Shown in pieces: positions 1 to 9,557 of a stretch of DNA of 64,000 nucleotides; position 1 is the first letter of the stretch; each line of letters starts with the position of its first letter. The notes below the pieces were generated by a model. That model saw only the letters and a program-made list of their open reading frames with translations. It ran no database searches and was not told the origin of the DNA. The translations under genes were made by a program, and so were the position numbers. Source of the DNA: Bacteroidota bacterium (GTDB lineage Bacteria > Bacteroidota > Ignavibacteria > Kapaibacteriales > UBA2268); assembly GCA_021780815.1 (NCBI GenBank), contig JAJXYC010000015.1, forward strand, positions 209,796 to 273,795, given 5' to 3'.

Positions 1-273
1 GATATGAGCGTTGTTGGTCCTCGCCCAGAAATCCCAAGATTGGTTGAGGAATTTTCAAATGCAATTCCCGAATACAAAAGAAGACTGAAAGTTCGTCCTG
101 GCTTAACTGGTTGGTGGCAGATAAAATATACTGAATATGAATTTTCACTCGATGAGATTCGTAATCGTTTAAAAGATGATTTTTATTATATTGAAAACTT
201 TTCGTTGTTATTAGACTTAGAAATTATTATTCGCACAATTTGGTTAATGTTTAAAGGTCATGGACAAACATAA
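1..273 (+). CDS. C-terminal fragment of a polyprenyl-phosphate sugar phosphotransferase (bacterial sugar transferase, WbaP/WcaJ-like); 5' end lies outside the window
   Basis: The translation (VGPRPEIP...KVRPGLTGWWQI...) matches the conserved C-terminal catalytic block of the bacterial sugar-transferase family, and the ORF runs off the window start. Confidence 0.7.
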   Translation, partial: DMSVVGPRPEIPRLVEEFSNAIPEYKRRLKVRPGLTGWWQIKYTEYEFSLDEIRNRLKDDFYYIENFSLLLDLEIIIRTIWLMFKGHGQT

Positions 274-281
274 GGTGTTTT

Positions 282-1040
282 ATGAAAACAATTGTGGTTA
301 TCCCCACATATAATGAAATTGAAAATATCCCAAATCTTATTCAAAAGATTCATTCTTATTTGCCAGAAATCGATATTCTCATCGTCGATGATAATTCGCC
401 AGATGGAACAGCACAATTTATTGAAAAATTAAAAGCAGAAAATCCCAAAATTCATTTAATAGTTCGTCAGAAAAAGATGGGCTTAGGTACTGCGTATTGT
501 ACAGGCTTTCAATATGCATTAGATAATGGATTTGATATTGTTATGCAAATGGATGCTGATTTTTCTCACGACCCAAAAGATTTATCTGTCTTTTTAAAGG
601 AAATTCGGAATTATGACCTGGTCATTGGTTCTCGTTATATTCATGGCATTAATGTTGTCAATTGGCCTCTCTCTCGTTTATTTCTAAGTAAAGGTGCTAA
701 TGTTTATACTCGTTTAATTACAAGAATGCCTATCCAAGATGCAACAGGTGGCTTTAAATGTTTTCGTGCTGATTTTTTACGTTACATCGACCTTAAACAT
801 ATTCGCTCCAATGGATATAGTTTCCAGATTGAAATGAACTATCGTATGTGGCGATTAGGTGCAAGAATTAAAGAATTAGATATCATCTTTAACGATAGAC
901 GTAGCGGTAGCTCTAAAATGAATAAAAAAATTATTTACGAAGCTATGTGGAAAGTTTGGATTTTAAGATTTTCTCTTAAACTCAATAAAGAACTTGATAA
1001 TATCAAAAAACTTATTAAAAATAATGTCCCTGTAAGATAA
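282..1040 (+). CDS. Family 2 glycosyltransferase, dolichol/polyprenol-phosphate mannosyltransferase-like (Dpm1/GtrB-like)
   Basis: The N-terminal VVIPTYNE...DDNSPDGT block and DAD motif are typical of GT2 (GT-A fold). Length is 252 aa. The start sits 9 nt after the upstream sugar-transferase stop. Confidence 0.75.
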   Translation: MKTIVVIPTYNEIENIPNLIQKIHSYLPEIDILIVDDNSPDGTAQFIEKLKAENPKIHLIVRQKKMGLGTAYCTGFQYALDNGFDIVMQMDADFSHDPKDLSVFLKEIRNYDLVIGSRYIHGINVVNWPLSRLFLSKGANVYTRLITRMPIQDATGGFKCFRADFLRYIDLKHIRSNGYSFQIEMNYRMWRLGARIKELDIIFNDRRSGSSKMNKKIIYEAMWKVWILRFSLKLNKELDNIKKLIKNNVPVR

Positions 1041-1684
1041 TGGCTATTGATAACATTCCAAATAACATAAGTGAAGAAGATTATTACTTAACCATTGAAA
1101 AATTTTGTGAAACAAGTTTAAAAATAAAATCGTCCCATTTTATAGGTCAATGTTTCCCTTTGCTTAATAAACAAGAAGCAGAAAATAAGTTAAACGAAAT
1201 TAGGTCAAAATATTTTGACGCCACACATCATTGCTTGGCTTATGTAGTTGGTAAAGATAATGGTATTTTCCGCTTTTCAGATGATGGTGAACCAAGTGGA
1301 ACTGCTGGTAAACAAATTTTACAAGCTATTAATCATTTTAACTTCAAAGATATTTTAGTTGTTGTCATTCGTTATTTTGGCGGCACAAAACTTGGTGTCG
1401 GTCCTCTTGCTCGTGCTTATTATGATAGTGCTTTCCAAACACTTTCTAATGCTAAACCACATAAAATTTTCCTTACTACTAAATTTGAAATAAATTGCGA
1501 TTACAGTTCTATATCTCTTGTAAAAAAATTGTTAAGCGATTATGCCGTATATTTTGATGTTTCTTATTTAAATAATGTTTCTTTCCAGGCAGATATATTA
1601 AATTCACAATTAAAAGTGTTCCAAAAGTCTTTGGTTGAAAAATCAAATGGGAAAATACAATCTAAAATTTTAAAAGAATTGTGA
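1040..1684 (+). CDS. yigZ: IMPACT/YigZ family protein (UPF0029)
   Basis: It carries the HHCLAYVVG...DDGEPSGTAGKQIL signature of IMPACT/YigZ and is about 210 aa. Its start codon overlaps the stop codon of the upstream GT2 gene (TAATG). Confidence 0.7.
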   Translation: MAIDNIPNNISEEDYYLTIEKFCETSLKIKSSHFIGQCFPLLNKQEAENKLNEIRSKYFDATHHCLAYVVGKDNGIFRFSDDGEPSGTAGKQILQAINHFNFKDILVVVIRYFGGTKLGVGPLARAYYDSAFQTLSNAKPHKIFLTTKFEINCDYSSISLVKKLLSDYAVYFDVSYLNNVSFQADILNSQLKVFQKSLVEKSNGKIQSKILKEL

Positions 1685-1752
1685 AATTTTGAGATAAAAA
1701 TCCTTTTTTTTATCTTAATTTTGATTTTTGTTTATTTAACAATTAAAGAAAA

Positions 1753-2634
1753 ATGAAAGTAATTACAACTCCTGAAGAAATGCAAGCAATATCTCAACAA
1801 AATAAATTTGAAGGGAAAAAAATCGCTGTTGTTCCAACAATGGGATTTCTGCACAATGGACATTTAACATTAGTCAAAAAAGCAAAAGAAGTAGCGGATA
1901 TAGTTATCACTACTCTATTTGTCAATCCTAAACAATTTGCTCCAAATGAAGATTTTGAGCGTTATCCTCGAGATTTTGAAAGAGATAAAAAGTTACTAAC
2001 CGAATCTGGATGCGATTATTTATTTTCCCCCGATATTTCTTCAATTTATCCAATTGACTTTGCAACATCAATTTCTATCGGTGGCGTTACCAAAGTATTC
2101 GAAGGTGAAAGCAGACCTACCCACTTTGACGGTGTAGCATTAGTTGTCTTAAAACTTTTCAATATTACATTAGCCGATATAGGATTATTTGGTCAAAAAG
2201 ATTATCAGCAAACATTGGTTATCAAAAAATTAGTTAAAGACCTAAATTTAAATATAAAATTACTTATTACCCCAACAGTTCGAGAAGCAAATGGATTGGC
2301 AATGAGTTCTCGTAACCGTTATCTAACCGACGAAGAAAAAAATAAAGCCTCAATTATTTTCCTATCTCTGGAGGAAGCTAAAAATGCTATTGCACATGGC
2401 GAAAGAAGACGAAAAATGATTAATTCGGTAGTGATTTCAACTTTACGCTCTGTCCCAGAAATCAAAATTGATTATGTTGCAACGGTTAAATCTGAAAATT
2501 TAGAACTTGCCGATGAGTTCTTGCCAGGCGAAGAAGTTGTAATTCTTATTGCTTGTTTTATGAACCAAACAAGATTAATTGATAATACAATTATTAAAAT
2601 ACCAACAGCTTTTACTGAAAATTTTATAGAATAA
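1753..2634 (+). CDS. panC: Pantoate--beta-alanine ligase
   Basis: PTMGFLHNGHLTLV (HIGH-type nucleotide-binding motif) and a PanC-sized 293-aa product. Confidence 0.9.
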   Translation: MKVITTPEEMQAISQQNKFEGKKIAVVPTMGFLHNGHLTLVKKAKEVADIVITTLFVNPKQFAPNEDFERYPRDFERDKKLLTESGCDYLFSPDISSIYPIDFATSISIGGVTKVFEGESRPTHFDGVALVVLKLFNITLADIGLFGQKDYQQTLVIKKLVKDLNLNIKLLITPTVREANGLAMSSRNRYLTDEEKNKASIIFLSLEEAKNAIAHGERRRKMINSVVISTLRSVPEIKIDYVATVKSENLELADEFLPGEEVVILIACFMNQTRLIDNTIIKIPTAFTENFIE

Positions 2635-2815
2635 TAGAATAATAACTCATTAAAATAAATATTCGTTATAAAAAATTACGATAAAATGCCAATTTGGTAA
2701 GTATTTATTTTTGGAAATACATTGCTATAACTATACCAAATTTTATATTAAATTTATTTTTTTTGTTTGTTTTCATTCTTTATTCTTAATTTTGTAAATA
2801 AATAAAAATTCCAAA

Positions 2816-3574
2816 ATGCTAATAAATACTTATTTTTCACCTTTGTTAAAAGAGGAAGAAAGACAATTTGAACAATCTATCACTGTTATGGTAGATGTAT
2901 TAAGAGCAAGTACAACTGTTTGTGCCGCTCTTTTTAATGGAGCTAAAGAAATAATACCAACAGAAAATTCAGAACAAGCAATGCGTATTTTCAATGGTTT
3001 AGACAGGTCAATTCGTTTTATTGGTGGAGAAAAAAATTTAGTTAAACACGCTGGATTTGATGCGGGGAACTCTCCATTAGAATATACAACAGATAAATGC
3101 TTGAATAAAACTGTAATACTAACTACCACAAATGGTAGCAAACTTTTTACATTGGCAAAAACTTCTAAACAAAGATTTGTTGCTTCTTTTGCTAATTTTT
3201 CTGTAATCTTTCAAAAATTAAAATCGTTACTTGAAGAAAATAAAACGAAAGAAGATATACAAAATATTAACTTTTTTTGTGCAGGAAATAACGGACAATT
3301 TTCTTACGAAGATACTCTGTGTATCGGCGGACTTATTTATAAAATTACCCAAGAATTGGATTTACAATTTGAATTAAGCGATTCCTCGGATGCGGCAAAG
3401 AATTTATTTGACTATCACCAAGAGAATTTATTTGAGTTCCTTCTCAATAGCGAGCATTCTCGCAAGCTAATAGGCGCTGGTTTCCAAAATGATTTAAATA
3501 TTTGTCTTGCTTATGATACTTTCCCAATTATTCCAATTATTGATGGTATAAGTATTAAAAAATCAATAATTTAA
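2816..3574 (+). CDS. comB: 2-phosphosulfolactate phosphatase family protein (ComB-like)
   Basis: The N-terminal VDVLRASTT motif and a roughly 250-aa length are typical of the ComB family. Confidence 0.7.
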   Translation: MLINTYFSPLLKEEERQFEQSITVMVDVLRASTTVCAALFNGAKEIIPTENSEQAMRIFNGLDRSIRFIGGEKNLVKHAGFDAGNSPLEYTTDKCLNKTVILTTTNGSKLFTLAKTSKQRFVASFANFSVIFQKLKSLLEENKTKEDIQNINFFCAGNNGQFSYEDTLCIGGLIYKITQELDLQFELSDSSDAAKNLFDYHQENLFEFLLNSEHSRKLIGAGFQNDLNICLAYDTFPIIPIIDGISIKKSII

Positions 3575-3619
3575 TTTTTTTTATTATATTTGAATTTTGC
3601 AGCAAAGGGATTTTGAAAA

Positions 3620-6538
3620 ATGAATGAAGAAAATAATAATTCTTCAGATTTAAATATTAATAACTTGGAAGGTAATCCTTCTAATGTAAATGATAATAGT
3701 AAATTCAACCAATTTGCTAAAAAATTTACTTTTCATATTAAAACAATTGCAGTTTTATCAATCGCAATTTTGTTTTTCTTGATACTTACTATATTTTCAT
3801 ATACACGTTCAGATATTAATGAATCCTCTATAACTTTAAAGGATTTGTATGGTTTAATCCAGAAAAATCCTGAAATTATGGCTCGTCAAGCAACTACACA
3901 TAATTGGCTCGGACTTCTAGGCGCTTTTTTATCTGACAAATTAGTTAATGGAACTTTTGGCTATCCTGTAATTTTATTGTTAGGTACTTTGATTTACATT
4001 TTTTTTGATATTTTTAAATATTCTTCTATTACAGCAAAGAAGTTAAAAAACACTTTTTTTATCATTATTTTAATGGTATTGCTTTCGGGATTTCTTTCCA
4101 CTTTACAACGTTTCACTTGGCTCGGAACAATTCCTTTTGAATGGGGCGGATTAGTTGGTTATTTCCTTGCTAATGTAATTTCTTCATTTCTTGGGGATTT
4201 TGGAGCATTTTTCTTGTTCCTTTTAGCAATAACTTTATCTATTTTCTACAAATTAAACTTTAAAATTTCCGATATTTCTATATATCTTTTCTCACGATTA
4301 AAAGATATATTTATAACGAAAAAAACTGAGAATAAAGTTGATGACGATAATATTCAACAACCTCCAACAGATTTAACACACAAAAATGAAGAATCTATTT
4401 CAGAAATTGATAATAATATTATTTTTGCACAAAATAATACTATACCAATAAATGAAATAAAAGTACAAGAAAATGAATCGGATATTTTTAAATCTGTATT
4501 GGTTAATGAAACATTAGAAAATAAAAATCAAATGGCACCCAATTCACCAAAACCTGATTCTGTGGACATTGCTCCTTCATCTTTTGCTAATCAGTCTGAA
4601 AATCCATTTAAAAAATCATTAAATATCACAATTAATGATATTAAACCAAAAGAAACTCAAAATTTACCAATAACTGAAAAATTTATTCCTAAAATTAGAG
4701 AAATTGATCCAAGCAAAATTTCAATTAGCAATGAACAAATTCAAAAAGAATTAAAAAATGAATTGCAAAGTAATGTTGCTGACAAAATCGTAGAATTTAA
4801 TCAATCTAATACAGGAAGTAATTTCAGCAAAAAAGAAATAAAAGAAATAGAGCAATCCCCTCTGGAAAATGTGAGTTCTTTTGAGATACAATTACCAAAG
4901 TCAGCACCCAAAGCAGAAAACATAGTTAATCTTAGAACAGAAGATATACAACCTAACAAAATTGAAACAAAAGTTGCGAATCCATTAAATTTAGTAATAG
5001 AAGCCGAACCAAAACAAGAAAAAACATTGAAGTCTTTGATTTATCAAGAACATCCTGTAGAAACAATAAATTATACTTTCCCGAAATTAGATTTTCTAAT
5101 TAAACAAACAACACAAAGCATTGTTGATAAAGGAGAATTAGCACTCAACGGAAGGATCTTACAAGAAAAATTAGAAACATTCAAAATAGTTATAGATAAT
5201 TTATCAGTTACACCTGGTCCAGTCGTAACACAATACGAATTTGTACCGGCACCGGGTATAAAAATCAGCAAGATAGAATCTCTTGCCGATGATTTAGCAA
5301 TGGCATTAAAAGCAAAAGGTATAAGAATTATAGCACCAATTCCTGGAAAAGGCACAATAGGTGTAGAAATTCCAAACTCAAATCCACAAATAGTACGATT
5401 TAGTGAAATTGTCGCAAGTGAAAGATTTCAAAAAACAGAAGCAAAATTACCATTAGCTTTTGGTAAAACAATAAATGGTGAAGTATTTATTGGAGATTTA
5501 ACAAAGATGCCGCACTTGTTAATTGCAGGTTCAACTGGTTCAGGAAAAAGTGTAGGAATTAATACAATTATTAGTTCTTTACTTTACAAAATACATCCCG
5601 ATAAATTAAAATTTATAATAATTGACCCGAAAAAAGTTGAGTTAGCTCAGTATTCTCAATTAGGTCAACATTATTTGGCAACTTCACCAGATTTAGATGA
5701 TTTAATTGTAACCAATCCAAAAGACGCTGTGATGATACTCAAATCAGCAGTTTTAGAAATGGAACGTCGTTACGATATACTTGCTGATGCAGGACAAAGA
5801 AATATTCATGATTACAACGAAAAAGTAAAAGATGGACAAATCCGCAAAAGTGAAAAAATGGAACATCATCAAATACCTTATATAGTTGTTATAATTGATG
5901 AATTAGCTGATTTGATGTTAACAGCATCAAAAGAAATTGAAGAGCCAATAATTAGGTTAGCACAAATGGCACGTGCCGTTGGCATTCATTTAGTACTTGC
6001 AACCCAAAGACCATCAGTTGATGTTATTACCGGCATAATAAAAGCAAACTTTCCTGCAAGAATAGCATACCTTGTAGCATCAAAAATTGATTCAAGAACA
6101 ATTTTAGACCAACAAGGTGCGGAACAATTGCTCGGCAATGGCGATATGTTGATTCTTCCTCCTGGTTCACCCAAACCAATTCGTGTCCAAAATGCTTTCA
6201 TTTCTACTGATGAGGTAGAACAAATTTGTGATTTTATAGGAAATCAAGAAGGTTATTCAGAACCATATATGTTGCCAAGTTCAGATGAAAACAATGATGA
6301 ATTAAAAGATATAGATCCATCAGATAGAGACCCTCTATTTGAAGAAGCGGCACGTTTGATTATTTCAATGCAACAAGCTTCGGTTTCTATGTTACAAAGA
6401 AAAATGAAAATTGGCTATGCTCGCGCTGGTAGAATTATGGACGAATTAGAAGCAACAGGAATTGTTGGCAGTGCAAAAGGAAGTAAAGCACGTGAAGTGT
6501 TGCTCGATAGTGAAAGTCAATTAGAAGCATATTTATAA
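3620..6538 (+). CDS. ftsK: DNA translocase FtsK (N-terminal transmembrane region, long low-complexity linker, C-terminal motor and gamma domain)
   Basis: Walker A GSTGSGKSVGINT, a DEL(ADL) Walker B region, the ATQRPSVDVITG motif, and C-terminal winged-helix gamma-domain-like residues. Confidence 0.9.
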   Translation: MNEENNNSSDLNINNLEGNPSNVNDNSKFNQFAKKFTFHIKTIAVLSIAILFFLILTIFSYTRSDINESSITLKDLYGLIQKNPEIMARQATTHNWLGLLGAFLSDKLVNGTFGYPVILLLGTLIYIFFDIFKYSSITAKKLKNTFFIIILMVLLSGFLSTLQRFTWLGTIPFEWGGLVGYFLANVISSFLGDFGAFFLFLLAITLSIFYKLNFKISDISIYLFSRLKDIFITKKTENKVDDDNIQQPPTDLTHKNEESISEIDNNIIFAQNNTIPINEIKVQENESDIFKSVLVNETLENKNQMAPNSPKPDSVDIAPSSFANQSENPFKKSLNITINDIKPKETQNLPITEKFIPKIREIDPSKISISNEQIQKELKNELQSNVADKIVEFNQSNTGSNFSKKEIKEIEQSPLENVSSFEIQLPKSAPKAENIVNLRTEDIQPNKIETKVANPLNLVIEAEPKQEKTLKSLIYQEHPVETINYTFPKLDFLIKQTTQSIVDKGELALNGRILQEKLETFKIVIDNLSVTPGPVVTQYEFVPAPGIKISKIESLADDLAMALKAKGIRIIAPIPGKGTIGVEIPNSNPQIVRFSEIVASERFQKTEAKLPLAFGKTINGEVFIGDLTKMPHLLIAGSTGSGKSVGINTIISSLLYKIHPDKLKFIIIDPKKVELAQYSQLGQHYLATSPDLDDLIVTNPKDAVMILKSAVLEMERRYDILADAGQRNIHDYNEKVKDGQIRKSEKMEHHQIPYIVVIIDELADLMLTASKEIEEPIIRLAQMARAVGIHLVLATQRPSVDVITGIIKANFPARIAYLVASKIDSRTILDQQGAEQLLGNGDMLILPPGSPKPIRVQNAFISTDEVEQICDFIGNQEGYSEPYMLPSSDENNDELKDIDPSDRDPLFEEAARLIISMQQASVSMLQRKMKIGYARAGRIMDELEATGIVGSAKGSKAREVLLDSESQLEAYL

Positions 6539-6542
6539 TTGG

Positions 6543-7163
6543 ATGGCAATGGAAAATTTCAATTGGCTTTTTGTTGGCTTAGGTAATCCAAAACCAAATT
6601 ATTTTAAAAACAGGCATAATATTGGTTGGAACGTTATAGAAAAAATGGCAAATAAATTTAATGCGAATTACTTAGATAAAACTAAATTTTATACTATTTC
6701 TTCTTTTGTATATGAAAACCAAAAAGTAATGTTGGCTTTTCCATTAACATATATGAACTTATCGGGTGAAGCAGTAGTAAGATTAACAATTAAATACAAA
6801 TTCAAACCTGAAAATATTGTCATTTTAGTCGATGAATACAACTTCCCTTTGGGTAAAGTTCATTTAAGGAAAGGTGGTAGCAATGGCGGACATAATGGAG
6901 TTGCCTCAATTATTGCAAATTTGAACAATCCTGATTTTTTAAGATTAAGATTAGGTATTGGCAAAAACTTTGGTGCTGGCGAATTAGTGGATTATGTTTT
7001 GTCAGACTTTCTCAACGAGGAGCTACCAATCGTTGAGAAAATGCAAGATAAAGCAATTGATGCTTTATTACATTTAATTAAAGTTGGCTTTGCAAGAGCA
7101 ACTTCTGATATTAATTCAGAAAAATTATGGGAAAATAACGAAATATTTAAACAAAATATTTAG
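6543..7163 (+). CDS. pth: Peptidyl-tRNA hydrolase
   Basis: VGLGNPKPNY..RHNIGW N-terminal signature, 206 aa. It starts 4 nt after ftsK. Confidence 0.9.
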   Translation: MAMENFNWLFVGLGNPKPNYFKNRHNIGWNVIEKMANKFNANYLDKTKFYTISSFVYENQKVMLAFPLTYMNLSGEAVVRLTIKYKFKPENIVILVDEYNFPLGKVHLRKGGSNGGHNGVASIIANLNNPDFLRLRLGIGKNFGAGELVDYVLSDFLNEELPIVEKMQDKAIDALLHLIKVGFARATSDINSEKLWENNEIFKQNI

Positions 7164-7247
7164 ATAATCTTATTATTTTTGTATTAGTTATTTATTATTT
7201 AAAAAATTTTTACTAATTTTCAATTTATTAAAAACGTTATTTAAAGA

Positions 7248-9557
7248 ATGAGAAAATTTTTTCAGATTTTAAAAAAGATAATGTCAGGATTTGATTACTT
7301 TTACATTGTAACAATAACATTATCATTAATAATAGCAATTTTTGTAGATGATGGTTCGTGGAGAATAATTTTAATCTCTGTAAGTGTTCTTTTTATAGTA
7401 GCTTTTATATCTTCTGTGGCACAGAAATTCACTGAATATTACGAAAATGTACCACGTTCAGCATTTAAATCAACTTCTGATTACCAAGTAACTACAAAAA
7501 ATAGTGATATCGGAACACGTCAAACAATTGAAAACTTTGACCAAACAGATGATTACTCAGATTTAACTAATAAAACTGATGCCAATCCTTCAAATACAGA
7601 TAAACAAGAAAACGATGAAGAGAAAAAAGCAACACCTACTATTCAACATTTTGCAGGTTATTCGATTGATGAAGAATATTCTCACGTCCGAGTAATCAAA
7701 AAAACTAAAATTGCAGGCGAATATTCAGATAATGATGCAACAGAACAAAGCAACGTAGCAAAGTTCATTTCTTCTACTCCTATGAAAACTGTAAGTGTGC
7801 ATACTAACGAAGATTTATTTAGCAATGCTGACAATATCAACAATATTGATGATTTAGAAGAAAATGGCACGCATAGTCAATTACAAAACGACCAAGTTCC
7901 TCTTAACAATATTTCGCACACGAATAATGCCAATCAAAATAATGTTATTCAAAATGAAAATTTAGAACAACCTACAAATAAAGATAATACAAACAATACA
8001 AACAATACAAACGAAGAAAATAATGCTGATAATAATTTTGAGAAAGTTTTATTAGATTTCCCTACTAATTTCTTTTTTGAAAATCACCCTATTTTTAATA
8101 ATGAACCAAAATTAGAATTAGAATATTTTATTTCTCGCATTTTGATGATTATTAAATCAACGGTAACGTCTAATACAGTTGGCTTGTTCTTATTAAAACC
8201 TTTTGACCAAAACATTAAACTATATTCTTACGTAACAGAAAATGAAAACTTTATAATTAAAGATACAACATTTGGTGTTGCTAACGATATAATTAGTGAG
8301 ATAATTAAAACATCAAAACCTGAAATACTCACCGAAATAAATTATTCAGCAGTACCCGATATTTTGCCTTATTATAAAGAGGTTATAGAAATTAAAAGTT
8401 TTGTGGGAGTACCTATTTTCCAAAAACATAATATTGTCGGAGTTCTTACTTTGGATTCATTTGAAAACGATTCTTTTGATTCAAGTGTAATAAGTTATCT
8501 CGGTAATTTCACAAAAATGATTTCATCAATTTTAACAAGCTTAAATGAAAAATATGAGTTGATGATATCGGCAAAAACATTAAAAGCAATAAAGCATTTT
8601 AGAACACTCTTAAGTAAAGATAATATTGATTTTAATGTAATTTTAGAATCTGCCTTTTCTGCAATATCCGATATTTTAAATTTTGATAACGTTGGTTTTT
8701 GCAATTTCTCTTCACAAACAAATAGCTGGCAAATACAGGCTTTAAAAGGTTCTGAACAATTTGTAAAGAGTATAGGAAATAAATCTATTGATACATCAAA
8801 ATCTTTAATTGCAAGAACTTTATTTAATTCTGAAACATTAGTTTTATCTCCAATTAAAGATAATTTACACATTGTTTCACCAACCGAACTTTTTAATCCA
8901 AAAGGGTATTTTATTGCTGTACCCTTACAATCAATTAATTCAAATTATGGTTCAATTTTCATTTATGGTGAAAATTATTTAAACATAACAAGCTATGATG
9001 TAGAAATTTTACAAACATTAAGCGAGCATATAGCATCCACAATTGAAAAGTTCTTCCATATCAATGTATTCAAAAATTATGCTCAAATTGACCCAAAATA
9101 TGGAATTTTAAATCCAACAGCATTTTACCAAGCATTGGAAGATGAAGTAATACGAGCAAAAGATTTTAATTACCAATTCGCATTTCTGACATTTTTAATT
9201 GATAATTATCAATCATATAACCAAACTGCTGGTTTAAATCAATCACTTCAATTATTAGAAATTGATACCATCAAAAATCACATAAGGCAGTACGATAAAA
9301 TTGGCTTTGTTGATGAAAATGTAGTCGGTGTTGTTTTAATAAATACAAATCACAACGAAGTAAAAATATTAGCTGAAAAAATTAGAAATGAAATTGCAAA
9401 TAAATATATAACAGTTAATAATCATCGATTTATGATTACATTAAGTATCGGTATAGCACTTTCAATACCCGATGATGATATTGACGCAATTGTAAATAAA
9501 TCAATTCAGATGTTGCAGGAATCTGCAAAAAAAACTAATTCAATTTGTATTTTCTAA
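7248..9557 (+). CDS. Membrane-anchored signalling protein with two N-terminal transmembrane helices, an Asn/Gln-rich low-complexity linker, a GAF-like domain and a C-terminal degenerate GGDEF domain (GGDEF replaced by GFVDE)
   Basis: The C-terminal 160 aa align to the diguanylate-cyclase fold (LIDNY...DKIGFVDENVVGVVL...ITLSIGIA) with the signature motif substituted. The central segment (VGVPIFQKHNIVGVLTLDS) is GAF-like. Its stop overlaps the rnr start by 13 nt. Confidence 0.55.
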   Translation: MRKFFQILKKIMSGFDYFYIVTITLSLIIAIFVDDGSWRIILISVSVLFIVAFISSVAQKFTEYYENVPRSAFKSTSDYQVTTKNSDIGTRQTIENFDQTDDYSDLTNKTDANPSNTDKQENDEEKKATPTIQHFAGYSIDEEYSHVRVIKKTKIAGEYSDNDATEQSNVAKFISSTPMKTVSVHTNEDLFSNADNINNIDDLEENGTHSQLQNDQVPLNNISHTNNANQNNVIQNENLEQPTNKDNTNNTNNTNEENNADNNFEKVLLDFPTNFFFENHPIFNNEPKLELEYFISRILMIIKSTVTSNTVGLFLLKPFDQNIKLYSYVTENENFIIKDTTFGVANDIISEIIKTSKPEILTEINYSAVPDILPYYKEVIEIKSFVGVPIFQKHNIVGVLTLDSFENDSFDSSVISYLGNFTKMISSILTSLNEKYELMISAKTLKAIKHFRTLLSKDNIDFNVILESAFSAISDILNFDNVGFCNFSSQTNSWQIQALKGSEQFVKSIGNKSIDTSKSLIARTLFNSETLVLSPIKDNLHIVSPTELFNPKGYFIAVPLQSINSNYGSIFIYGENYLNITSYDVEILQTLSEHIASTIEKFFHINVFKNYAQIDPKYGILNPTAFYQALEDEVIRAKDFNYQFAFLTFLIDNYQSYNQTAGLNQSLQLLEIDTIKNHIRQYDKIGFVDENVVGVVLINTNHNEVKILAEKIRNEIANKYITVNNHRFMITLSIGIALSIPDDDIDAIVNKSIQMLQESAKKTNSICIF

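Noticed and set aside
2830-3141. 103-aa ORF on the minus strand
   Set aside because: It is entirely antisense-nested within the conserved comB-like ORF. It has no motifs and is typical of an AT-rich spurious frame.
5071-6201. Two small minus-strand ORFs (5071-5355, 5986-6201) inside ftsK
   Set aside because: They are antisense to the highly conserved FtsK motor domain, so they are spurious.
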